A stretch of 64,000 nucleotides of DNA from Octopus vulgaris (taxonomy: Eukaryota), in assembly GCA_951406725.2 (NCBI GenBank), contig OX597824.1, positions 49,414,001 through 49,478,000 of the forward strand, in the 5' to 3' direction. Position 1 is the stretch's first letter; the number at the start of each line of letters is the position of its first letter. A program made the position numbers and the translations under genes. Of the stretch, positions 29,116-41,049 are shown piece by piece. The notes beneath the pieces are model-generated. The model was given only the letters and a program-made list of their open reading frames with translations, was not told the DNA's origin and made no database searches.

Positions 29116-29423
29116 TCACGTGATCATGTGACCGACCAGACCATCAGATGTTGCTACACATCGCTGGTCACAATGCGTTCGCATTGTTTTAGCCTTCGAA
29201 TGACACCACCCCGCTGGCTAAGCAAGCAGGCCAACAGAAGAAAGAGTGAGAGAATGAGTGGTGAAAGAATACAGCAGGGATCGCCACCACCCCCCTGCCG
29301 GAGCATCGTGGAGCTTTTAGGTGTTTCCGCTCAATAAACACACACAACGCCCGGTCTGGGAATTGAAACCGCGATCCTACGACTACGAGTCCACTGCCCT
29401 AACCACTGGGCCATTGCGCCTCC
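29116..29423 (-). mobile_element. tRNA-derived SINE, family C
   Basis: Minus-strand head ggaggcgcaatggcccagtggttagg...ggtttcaattccc (A and B boxes). Confidence 0.8.
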
Positions 29424-29440
29424 ACATATATATATATATA

Positions 29441-30147
29441 TACTAAGTAATTAAGGGTTTAGCAACGAATTGCCTCACCACACACCGAATTTAGAAATAG
29501 CAGTCAAAGAGTTATAGCTATTCTTTCTACTAAAAGGAGATCTCAGTAAAAACACAGCACTTGAAAGGCAAACACAGACAGGTAAGAGAGAATGAAATGA
29601 CGGCAATCTATCATACAATTTTAAGTCACCTACGGACGTACGTTTTGAAATTAAGTTTTAGGAAAGCATAAGAATTAGATAATCATGTCTTACCCAACTT
29701 CTTTTCTCATCAGCGTAGGACACTACAATTATGAATAATTGTATATTAAATTTCGAGATACTAGAAGGCATCATCTCAACTCAGTATCAGAGCAAGTTAA
29801 AGCCGTTACCAGTATTACCAAATTCAAAGTGTGAATGAAAGTTTGTGTTACCAACCCCTTCCCACCCGCGTGTAGCCAAGACAAGATGCTGTGGTCATTT
29901 ACTGGGATGAAATATGGCTATCAGTAACAATATAGGGTGAAATTAATTAATTTGGAATAATCATTAATTACACCAAGTAGATCTCGGCATGTAAAAACCT
30001 CATTCGAGGAAAGTTTAAGTAATACTAAGTAATTAAGGGTTTAGCAACGAATTGCCTCACCACACACCGAATTTAGAAATAGCAGTCAAAGAGTTATAGC
30101 TATTCTTTCTACTAAAATGGAGATCTCAGTAAAAACACAGCACTTGA
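29441..30147 (-). mobile_element. PLE-type non-coding element: 582-bp unit plus a terminal direct repeat of about 124 bp, with a hammerhead motif
   Basis: 29441-29564 is repeated at 30023-30147; HHR at 29629-29719; flanked by (TA)n. Confidence 0.8.
29629..29719 (-). ncRNA. Type I hammerhead motif (C3:G8; G12>A)
   Basis: ccuacg CUGAUGA gaaa...uuuc AAAA cguac GUC cguagg. Confidence 0.75.
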
Positions 30148-30398
<251 letters not shown>

Positions 30399-31439
30399 AG
30401 ATCTGACTGGCCTGGTGCAGCCTTCGGGCTTCCCAGACCCCAGTTGAACCGTCCAACCCATGCTAGCATGGAAAGCGGACGTTAAACGATGATGATGATG
30501 ATATATACACATATGTATATGTATATATGTTTGTATATGTATATATGTATATATATGTATATATTGTTGAAAAATATTGTTATAGGTATAAAATTACCAT
30601 AAATAATTATAGAAAAATGGAGGCACAAAAGATGTTGAATCAAAATTAGATTTAATACAAAATAGGATTCAATACATATGCGGGTTTCAAAGGACAATAG
30701 AAAGATGTAAGAAAAAAAATTTTAACTATAGTAATTATAATTAAATTTATGCATTGTCATTCTCATGAGTGTGAGGAATTTTTATAAGGACATGAAGAAA
30801 GGTTTAATAAAATAAAGTAAATTAAAATAAGATACAATAAGGGAGAATACAAATGGGGTAATAGGGAATAAATCAGATATTTACAAGCAAGTTGTAAAAG
30901 GGGGAAAATAACAGTAATAATAACAGTAAGAGAGACAAAAGAGAAAAAAAGACAGACATATCCATGTGTATGCATGTCTATGTGTGTGGTAAACTATAAC
31001 ATAAAAATAAGAATGAAAAGCGAATGGGTACATTTTAAAAAATGGTAACAGGTTGAGTCAAAGTATACTAAACAGGGCCATGTTTGTATAGTAGAATATA
31101 ATGTAACAGGTGGACTAGTAGAAAAAAAACATAGAGAGTTATACATATACATATTAATATTGATAAATGAAAAATATATGTATATATATTTTACACGAGG
31201 CTATAAAGTGATAGGCAAGACTATGTTTGAAAAGAGTTATAATGCAAAGAAAAAACCAAAGTGAACTTAAAAGAAAAAACATCGATCAGACAAAACCGGC
31301 AGGGGTAGGGGAGACATTCAGAACAAAAATAGGAACAAGAAACAAATATATGAAGGAGAAAAATTGCTATAAAACGTATACATTTAACACATAAGGATAT
31401 ACAGTCAAACACATATACATACATACACACACACACACG

Positions 31440-31477
<38 letters not shown>

Positions 31478-31892
31478 AAAAAACGTGCATACACTCAGAC
31501 ATACACGTACAGTGGTGCAAGTGTGAAGGAAGATACAAGTAAAATAAGCAGTACGTATTCACATACAACATATATTAATATAAATAAATAAATGTATATA
31601 CATATACACACATACATACACCCACACATATACAACCAAATACACATATACATATACATGCAAAAATGTATACATACCTACACATACATATACAAATATA
31701 TATATATATATATACACACACACATACACACACCTACAAACAAATTCATAAAACATAAACATTCACATACATGTACACACACACACATGTACACACGTAC
31801 ACACACATATATATATACATATCTACATATATATAAATAAATATACACCCCCACACACACACACACATATATATATACACATACATTTTTAC

Positions 31893-34030
31893 TACTAGTG
31901 AAAAGAAAGAGGCTTGGAGAAGCCATTATGAAAGACTGCTGAATGAGGAGAATGAATGGGAGGAGGAGAGCCTGCCAAATGTTGACCCAGTAGAGGGACC
32001 AGCTACCCGAATAGACAACTCCCTTGTAGATAAGGCAATTAAGGATATGAAACCAGGCAAAGCCCCTGGCCTATCAGGAATCACTGCTGAGATGCTTAAA
32101 ACAGCTGGCTATGTGGGCTATGCCATAGTCACCCGCATTGTAAACCAGGTAGTTCACAATGGAGTCATACCCAATGACTGGTGCAGCAGCACCATAGTCA
32201 ACTGCTACAAGGGTAAGGGTGATGCTCTAGATAGAAATAACTACAGAGGTATCAAACTGTTGGACCAGGTGATGAAGGTCTCAGAGAAGGTCATAACCAA
32301 TCTCATTAGGGAGAGAATTTGTTTAGATGAAATGCAGTTCAGTTTTGTACCAGGTAGAAGCACCACTGATGCTATATTCCTGGTCCGACAACTGCAGGAG
32401 AAGTACCTAGCTAAAGATAAACCCCTCTACATAGCTTTTGTAGACTTGGAGAAAGCCTTTGACAGGGTTCCCCGTTCCCTTATCTGGTGGTCGATGCGGA
32501 AACTGGAGATTGAAGAATGGCTAATAAGGGCTGTACAGGCTCTATACAGAGAGGCTGTCAGCAAGGTTAGGATTGGCAACGAATATAGTGAAGAATTCCG
32601 GGTAGAAGTAGGTGTGCACCAGGGCTCAGCCCTCAGTCCCCTTTTATTCATCATAGTCCTTCAGGCAATAACAGAGGAATTCAAAACGGGATGCCCCTGG
32701 GAGCTCCTCTATGCCGATGACCTAGCTCTCATAGCAGAATCACTACCGGAACTAGAAGAGAAATTTCGGGTGTGGAAGCAAGGGTTGGAATCAAAGGGCC
32801 TTAGAATAAATGTAGCAAAGACCAAAGTATTAGTAAGCAGCAAGAGGTACTCAGCACACACCCCCTCGGGTAGGTGGCCCTGCTCAACCTGTAGGAAAGG
32901 TACAGGTAGAAACTCCATAAGATGCACCCAATGTAAGTTATGGACACATAAGAGGTGCAGCAACATTAAAGGGAAATTAACAGATAAGATAGCTTTCATG
33001 TGCGGCAGATGCACAGGGACAATAGACACAACAGACACTCAGAAAACAGATTCCATCACACTCCAGGGAGAGAAACTAGAAGTAGTTGATAGTTTCCGCT
33101 ACCTGGGTGACCAAGTTAGTAGCGGAGGTGGATGCACAGAGAGTATCACCACTAGAATACGAATAGCCTGGGCAAAGTTCAGAAAGCTCCTACCCCTACT
33201 GGCAACAAAAGGTCTCTCCCTCAGAGCGAAAGGTAGATTGTATGATGCATGTGTGCGAACTGCCATGCTCCACGGTAATGAAACATGGGCTGTGACTGCA
33301 GAAGACATGCGTAGACTTGAAAGAAATGAAGCTAGCATGATCCGCTGGATGTGTAGTGTCAGTGTGCACGCAAGACAGAGTGTAAGCATCCTGAGAGAAA
33401 TGCTGGATATAAGAAGCATCAGATGTGGTGTGCAAGAGCGACGCTTGCGATGGTATGGTCATGTGCTGCGGATGGATGAAGAGAGATGTGTGAAGAAGTG
33501 CCACTCCCAAACAGTTGAAGGTATCAGGGGGAGAGGTAGACCCAGGAAGACATGGGATGAGGTAGTCAAGCATGACCTCAGAGCATTGGGCCTCACTGAG
33601 GCAATGGCGAAGGACTGAGATCTCTGGAGATATGCTGTGACTACAAAGACCCGGGCTGCTTTCTGCAGCAATTCCACTTACCCCCTACCCATTCTAAGTA
33701 CCCCGGATCCCCAAAGTACCCTGGATCCCCAAAGTACCCCGATCCCCAAAGTACCCCGGACCTCGTTGCCCCCGTGCCGCTGACACGTTAAAAGCTCGAA
33801 CCGATCGTGACCGATGCCGGACCCTCCGGCCCCTGTGCAGGTGGCACGTAAAAGTACCCAATCCACTCACGGAGTGGTTGGCGTTAGGAAGGGCATCCAG
33901 CCGTAGAAACTCTGCCAGATTCAGACTGGAGCCTGGAGCAGCCCCTGGCTTCCCAGACCCGGTCGAACCGTCCAACCCGTGCTAGCACGGAAAGCGGACG
34001 TTAAACGATGATGATGATGATGATGATGAT
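31893..34030 (+). mobile_element. 5'-truncated RTE LINE with a long intact ORF, 3' UTR and (GAT)n tail
   Basis: Frame is open from about 31896 (SEKKEAWRSHYERLLNEE) to 33618; ends gttaaac(gat)n. Confidence 0.97.
32047..33618 (+). CDS. RTE reverse transcriptase with a PHD-like C4HC3 finger (no APE domain, 5'-truncated)
   Basis: FVDLEKAFDRVP, GVHQGSALSPLLF, LLYADD, FRYLG, RRLRWYGHV, RGRGRPRKTW; the final TGA is probably a CGA>TGA premature stop. Confidence 0.93.
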   Translation: MKPGKAPGLSGITAEMLKTAGYVGYAIVTRIVNQVVHNGVIPNDWCSSTIVNCYKGKGDALDRNNYRGIKLLDQVMKVSEKVITNLIRERICLDEMQFSFVPGRSTTDAIFLVRQLQEKYLAKDKPLYIAFVDLEKAFDRVPRSLIWWSMRKLEIEEWLIRAVQALYREAVSKVRIGNEYSEEFRVEVGVHQGSALSPLLFIIVLQAITEEFKTGCPWELLYADDLALIAESLPELEEKFRVWKQGLESKGLRINVAKTKVLVSSKRYSAHTPSGRWPCSTCRKGTGRNSIRCTQCKLWTHKRCSNIKGKLTDKIAFMCGRCTGTIDTTDTQKTDSITLQGEKLEVVDSFRYLGDQVSSGGGCTESITTRIRIAWAKFRKLLPLLATKGLSLRAKGRLYDACVRTAMLHGNETWAVTAEDMRRLERNEASMIRWMCSVSVHARQSVSILREMLDIRSIRCGVQERRLRWYGHVLRMDEERCVKKCHSQTVEGIRGRGRPRKTWDEVVKHDLRALGLTEAMAKD

Positions 34031-34429
34031 ACACACATACACGCAAACATGTACACACATAAAATACACATAATATATACACATAATATATACACATAAT
34101 ATATACACATAATATATACTCATCCATCCAATCAGAAAACAAAAAACACAGAAGTGCATGCAAAATACACCAAAGTAAAACACATAAAAAACATATAGAA
34201 ATACTCCTATATATACACAGATATACACACGTATATGTGTGCGTGTTAATGTATCCATACACAAAAACAGGCATATACAGACAAAAACATTCATGCGTAA
34301 ACACAAAGACATACAAGTAAAACATACATACATACCAACAGGTGAATATATATATATATATATATACACATATGCATACATAAGTATTCATACACATATA
34401 TACACATACATACACACAAATATATGTGA

Positions 34430-35133
34430 GTCTATCCAGTGGCCTTTGCCAGGGATGCAGCCAGCCCACTTATGCGTACCTTTCCTTCTTTGGACACATG
34501 AAGACCTGTTGAGGCAAGTGAAGTCGAAATTGAATTCGAAATCGAACCTCATCAGACGACTGGCACCCATGCCAACCTTCCTTCGTTGGACACTAAACTC
34601 TGCTTGCGAAGACCTGTTGGGGCAAGTGAAATCGGAATCGAAATTGAATCAATTCTATGACTGGCACCCGGCAGTTGCCAGTGCCGCTGGACTGACTCCT
34701 GTGCAGGTAGCAAGTAAAGAAACACCGTTTTGACCCTGTGCTTGAGGAGACCTATTGAGTCAAGTACATCAACATCAAAAATCAATGGAAATTGTAGTTG
34801 TGATCCCTGTGCCAGTGGCACGTAAAAAGCACCATCCAAACGTGACCGATGACAGCGCCGCCTTGACTGGCTTCCGTGCTGGTGGCACGTAAAAAGCACC
34901 AACCGATCATGGCCATTGCCAGCCTCACGTGGCTGGCTCCCGTGCCAGTGGCACGTAAAAAGCACCCACTACACTCATGGAGTGGTTGGTGTTAGGAAGG
35001 GCATCCAGCTGTAGAAACACTGCCAGATCAGACTGGAGCCTGGTGCAGCCTTCAGACTTCCCAGACCCCAGTCGAACCATCCAACCCATGCTAGCATGGA
35101 AAATGGATGTTAAACGATGATGATGATGATGAT
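34430..35133 (+). mobile_element. RTE 3' UTR fragment with internal repeats and (GAT)n tail
   Basis: gtggcacgtaaaaagcacc occurs three times; same 3' end as 33840-34030. Confidence 0.8.
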
Positions 35134-35966
35134 GTACATATATATACACATACATACACATACACACATATACATACATATAAAAACACGAGTGCAAATG
35201 CATAAACATACCCACACAAGCATACATACATACACATAACCTAAGAGTGTAATAAGAACTAATAAGAATAAGACAAAGAGGTAATCAATAAGACTATTTA
35301 AGGTTAATGAAAAGTAATTTGGAGATATGTTTACAAGAAAAACTCTTTCATCTCTTGAATTTAAGATAGAACCATTCATTTTCATAATTATATAAGACTC
35401 TTCAAGGCATAAAAAGTGCGTTCTATTTCTAATCGCATAAGAGAGAGCAGGAGAAACAATATTCCAAGAAATTGAGAAATTTATGTTGTTTCTTTTAAGT
35501 TGCCATACCTTTTTGGATAAACTAGTACTACTGTCTTTCTGAGATCATTAAAAGATGATTTATGATTATTCAAATGTAATTTAAGAGGAGTGTGCATGCA
35601 ACCTATATAATGAAACCTTCAGATCATGTGTTGTAATAGTAGCTTTATATATAACATTTTTCATTTTATATATATGATATGTAAATGCATATACATATAT
35701 ATACATACATGTATCAAAAGAAAAACAGGACGCAAAGGATTTTGCGATACATATGTTTCTGACTTTATTGAACAATTTATATCAATGCATAATTGATATA
35801 ACAGCTGCGTACAATTACCACACCAAAGACATGTATTACATTATAGCAGGTTTGAGAAAAAGTTTGGGAAAAAACCGAGTTTCATTGGGGAGGTAAATCC
35901 TCATAGGCGTATATGGCATTGCGAGACACCGAAACAAAAACAGTATGGACGTTTCGTTTCATATAT

Positions 35967-36024
<58 letters not shown>

Positions 36025-36026
36025 TG

Positions 36027-36115
<89 letters not shown>

Positions 36116-36168
36116 AAATTAAAAAAGGAAAATATGCACACTTATATAGATTTAATATAATTTTTAAT

Positions 36169-36203
36169 ATATCGACCGGTTTCGCTATCGCTATTCATGA
36201 TAT
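36169..36203 (-). ncRNA. Minimal type I hammerhead, A3:U8 variant
   Basis: auauc AUGAAUA gc-gaua-gc GAAA ccg GUC gauau. Confidence 0.75.
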
Positions 36204-36451
36204 TATGTTTTACTCATTTGAATATATATTTTTTCTTAAGAAGAAATTTGGTCCATGTTGTGTGTGATGAAATTCACGAGTGAATGACTTCACAAGTAGA
36301 TAAATAAAGGGAGGTAATTGGTTGTCATTATTATTGTTATTGTTGTGGGTAAGGGAGATAACTGTTCAGCTTTTGGTAATGGGTGGGGATTATATATGTG
36401 TACAGAGACAAGTTTCAGGGGATTTATGTACAGTGATGTAATCGTGTAATC

Positions 36452-36545
<94 letters not shown>

Positions 36546-36614
36546 TATATATATATATATTACATATATAGACATATACATATATACATATATATATATG
36601 TATATATATATATG

Positions 36615-36660
<46 letters not shown>

Positions 36661-36879
36661 AATAACACATATTTATACATATATGTATATATATATATAA
36701 ACCTTTAGTTAAATATATTCAATGAGAATACTATATGCTGAATTTATATTGAGTGCTCTATTGTATCAAAGTATTAATACTATTAATATAATTTATATAT
36801 TTAATACGAGTGATTATATATATTTTATAATATATTATTATTAATATTGATTTCCTTATATTAATAATAATATGTTACA

Positions 36880-36914
<35 letters not shown>

Positions 36915-36927
36915 AATATATATACAT

Positions 36928-36974
<47 letters not shown>

Positions 36975-37150
36975 CATAAATATATATATATATATATAAT
37001 ATAAGGGACATTAGCCAACTGAATATGGCTAGGGACAGGGCAGGGTGGTGGGGGTGTCACTGTTGCATTTAGCCCCAGGCGAACATCAACGTCACCAGAT
37101 AGGCCGACGCCATCACGGCGTCCTCTATCTTGCAAAGGGAGATCATTCCC

Positions 37151-37229
37151 CAAGAAGCGGATGCCACACACGGACCTAGGTTTCAAGGTGTATTGCCTAT
37201 TATCAACATGTGGTAGGCACCGCCTCTCG
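37151..37229 (-). ncRNA. Type I hammerhead, U3:A8 variant (unit 1)
   Basis: Reverse complement of the 37841-37919 motif; one C>U change gives a G-U wobble in stem I. Confidence 0.8.
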
Positions 37230-37505
37230 ACGAACGACTCACCGTGCAAGATATATATAAAGATTTTCAAGTAAATACATTTACTGATTTCGAAAATCTG
37301 TTCGACAGCAATAATAATTCTCTAAATGAGATATAGACAGTGACTGCTCCATAATATAAGGGACATTAGCCAACTGAATATGGCTAGGGACAGGGCAGGG
37401 TGGTGGGGGTGTCACTGTTGCATTTAGCCCCAGGCGAACATCAACATCACCAGATAGGCCGACGCCATCACGGCGTCCTCTATCTTGCAAAGGGAGATCA
37501 TTCCC

Positions 37506-37584
37506 CAAGAAGCGGATGCCACACACGGACCTAGGTTTCAAGGTGTATTGCCTATTATCAACGTGTGGTAGGCACCGCCTCTCG
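37506..37584 (-). ncRNA. Type I hammerhead, U3:A8 variant (unit 2)
   Basis: Reverse complement of 37841-37919. Confidence 0.82.
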
Positions 37585-37840
37585 ACGAACGACTCACCGT
37601 GCAAAATATATATAAAGATTTTCAAGTAAATACATTTACTGATTTCGAAAATCTGTTCGACAGCAATAATAATTCTCTAAATGAGATATAGACAGTGACT
37701 GCTCCGTCCCTTATATTATGGAGCAGTCACTGTCTATATCTCATTTAGAGAATTATTATTGCTGTCGAACAGATTTTCGAAATCAGTAAATGTATTTACT
37801 TGAAAATCTTTATATATATCTTGCACGGTGAGTCGTTCGT

Positions 37841-37919
37841 CGAGAGGCGGTGCCTACCACACGTTGATAATAGGCAATACACCTTGAAACCTAGGTCCGT
37901 GTGTGGCATCCGCTTCTTG
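37841..37919 (+). ncRNA. Type I hammerhead, U3:A8 variant (inverted unit)
   Basis: cgagaggcgg-ugcc-uac-cacacg UUGAUAA u-agg-caauaca-ccu-u GAAA ccuag GUC cgugug-u-ggca-u-ccgcuucuug; predicted cleavage after 37897. Confidence 0.82.
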
Positions 37920-38116
37920 GGGAATGATCTCCCTTTGCAAGATAGAGGACGCCGTGATGGCGTAGGCCTATCTGGTGACGTTGATGTTCGCCTGGGGCTA
38001 AATGCAACAGTGACACCCCCACCACCCTGCCCTGTCCCTAGCCATATTCAGTTGGCTAATGTCCCTTATATTATGGAGCAGTCACTGTCTATATCTCATT
38101 TAGAGAATTATTATTG

Positions 38117-38153
<37 letters not shown>

Positions 38154-38529
38154 TACATATATATATAAATGAACGTATATATATATATATTTATATATAT
38201 GTATATATAAGAATTTCTACAGGCAGACCACAAGGTTTAGAATGTCAACTGATAAAGTACCATATGTGTGAGATGTTTTGACTGTCACATTTGAATTTGA
38301 TTTTGCATGTTACAGTTGTTTTGCTTTGCAATGATAGTGCATGTTTCCACTTCACTTTTAAGAGGGCTTTTGACTGTATTACAAATTCAAGCTTGTGCTT
38401 CGCCAAAGTTTGTTTTTATTGTTTACTCACACATTTGATTAAGCTACATCAGATTGGTGTGCAATTTCTTTAATACATACACCAGACAATCTTCTTTTAA
38501 ATTGTTTGCGTATATACGTTATGATTAGA

Positions 38530-40230
38530 TAGAAATAACTATAGGAGTATCAAATTATTGGATCAGGTGATGAAAGTTATAGAGAGGGTCATAGCCCAAC
38601 TAATTAGGGAGAGAGTTAGCCTAGACGAGATGTAGTTTTGTTTTGTGCCAGACAGAAGCACCACTGATGCTATATTTCTGGTAAGGCAACTGCAGGAGAA
38701 ATATCTAGCCAAAGATAAACCTTTGTACTTTGCTTTTGTTGACTTGGAGAAAGCTTTTGACATGGTCCCCTGATCCCCTATCTGGTGGTCAATGCAGAAA
38801 CTGGGGATAGATGAGTGGTTGGTAAGAGCTGTACAAGCCCTGTACAGGGATGCTGTCAGTAAGGTGAGGGTTGGCAATGTGTATAGTGAAGAATTCCGAG
38901 CAGAAGTAGGGGTTCACCAAGGCTGTCTTCAGACCCCTCTTATTCCTTATAGTCCTCCAGGCAATAACAGAGGAATTCAAGACAGGCTGTCCCTGGGAGC
39001 TCCTCTATGCTGATGACCTTGTCCTAATAGCCAAGTCACTGCCAGAACTAGAGATGAAGTTTAGGGTGTGGAAGCAAGGTCTAGAATTGAAGGGCCTTAG
39101 ATTCAACCTAGCAAAAACCAAAGTCTTAGTGAGTAGGAAGGCTGTCAAACCACAATCCCCTTCAGGTAGATGGCTCTGCTTGATTTGTAGAAAAGGCATA
39201 TGTAGAAACTCCATACGATGTACCCGGTGTAAGCTATGGACACATAAGAGGTGCAGCAATATCAAAGGAAGTTTAACCGGGAAAATAGTTTTTGTGTATG
39301 ACAGATGCACAGGGGCAATAAATACTGAAGATGTACAGACAACAGATTCCATCACATGCCACTGGGAGAAACTAGAACTTAATAGTTTCCGCTACCTAGG
39401 CAACTAAGTCTGTAGTGGGGGTGGTTGCTCTTAGAGTTTAGCAGCTAGAATAAAAATAGTCTGGGCAAAGTTCAGGGAACTCCTACTTCTGTTGGCAACT
39501 AAGGGCCTCTAACTCAGGATGAAAGGTAGACTGTATGACGTATATATGCGATCTGCTATGCTACACAGCAGTGAAACATGGGCCATAACTGCTGAGGGCA
39601 TGTGTAGGCTTGAAAGAAATGAAGCTAGTATGATCTGTATGGTAATATCAGTGATCTGATGTGTAATGTCAGTATGCATACACTAGGAAGGAACCTGTGG
39701 AAGAGATAGACCCAGGAAGACATGGGATGAGACATTGGGCCTCGCAGAGGCAATGACAGGAGACCGAGACCTTTGGAGATATACTGAGAAGACCTGGCAA
39801 CTAAAGTGAGATCACAGTCACAAATGTTCATCCCAGTTAAGAGTAGTTCTGATGCATTGTGTATCAGGCTTGAGAAGACCTGTTGAGTCAAGTAAAACCA
39901 ATATCGTAGCTGTGGCCGTGCCCACTGACTGACTCTCATCCTGGTGGCATGTAAAAAGTACCAACCGAATATGGCCAATGCCAGTAACCCCTGACTGGCT
40001 CTTGTGCTGGTAGCACGTAAAAAGTACTATCCAAACGTGATCAATGCCAGGCCTGCGTGACTGACTCTTGGAGTGATTGTTGTTAGGAAGGACATCCAGC
40101 TGTAGAAACATTGCCAGATAAGATTGGAACCTGGTGCAGCCGCTGGATCCCCAGACCTCAGTCAAACCGTCCAACCCATGCCAACATGGAAAACGCATGT
40201 TAAACGATGATGATGACAATGATGATGATA
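38530..40230 (+). mobile_element. Degenerate RTE LINE with 3' tail
   Basis: RT fragments collinear with the 32047 ORF; (gat)n tail near 40207. Confidence 0.92.
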
Positions 40231-40295
<65 letters not shown>

Positions 40296-40678
40296 TATAT
40301 ATATATATATACATACATACATACATGCATACATACATACATACATATATATACATACATTCAATCTCATGCAGACGTCTTGTGTATGGTTCTACAAATA
40401 ATATTTTGCTATGACGATCACAGTGATGAGTTGTGGACATCTATGTAAGTGATTACGCAAGTGGTAACAACAAAACTGGTTTGTGATTAATCTGTATTTT
40501 GTATCCTTTCATTTGTCTTGCTCACTTACATTCTGGCATTTGCTAAATTTTCTTGAGAACATTCCTTTCGTAGTGGTATGACCATATGGGGTTGACTTCT
40601 AGCATAATGGATGTCCATTTAGTGGTCATCCTCCTTATATGTAACACATACATACACATACATACATACATACATACA

Positions 40679-40744
<66 letters not shown>

Positions 40745-40861
40745 CATATATATCATCATCATCATCATCATCGTTTAATATTTATGTATGTATATATACA
40801 AACATATATATATATACATACATACATGCATATATATGCATATATATATACATACATATAC

Positions 40862-40905
<44 letters not shown>

Positions 40906-41008
40906 GCATATATATACATACATATATATGCATACATACATATATATACATGCATGTATATATACACACATACATACATACATGCATGCATGCATACATG
41001 CATACAAT

Positions 41009-41045
<37 letters not shown>

Positions 41046-41049
<4 letters not shown>

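Larger units (their letters stand above)
36996..38118. mobile_element. Retrozyme-like 355-bp repeat: two tandem units plus an inverted copy of about 1.16 units
   Basis: Units 36996-37350 and 37351-37705; inverted copy 37706-38118; only a few substitutions between copies; one HHR per unit; (TA)n on both sides. Confidence 0.9.

Noticed and set aside
29345-29423. tRNA gene
   Set aside because: tRNA-like head continues into a SINE body; cloverleaf incomplete
35870-35960. Possible hammerhead (minus: ccuaugagg...GAAAcucgguu)
   Set aside because: Core incomplete and no stem I
36996-37350. 355-bp unit as snRNA, 7SK, SRP, RNase P/MRP, telomerase RNA or HDV/twister ribozyme
   Set aside because: No diagnostic motifs found; ggctaatgtccc lacks an upstream P2 partner; the hammerhead fold fits better
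37800-38168. ORF MKIFIYILHGES... present three times
   Set aside because: Non-ATG start, runs into microsatellite, no recognisable domain; a by-product of the structured 355-bp repeat
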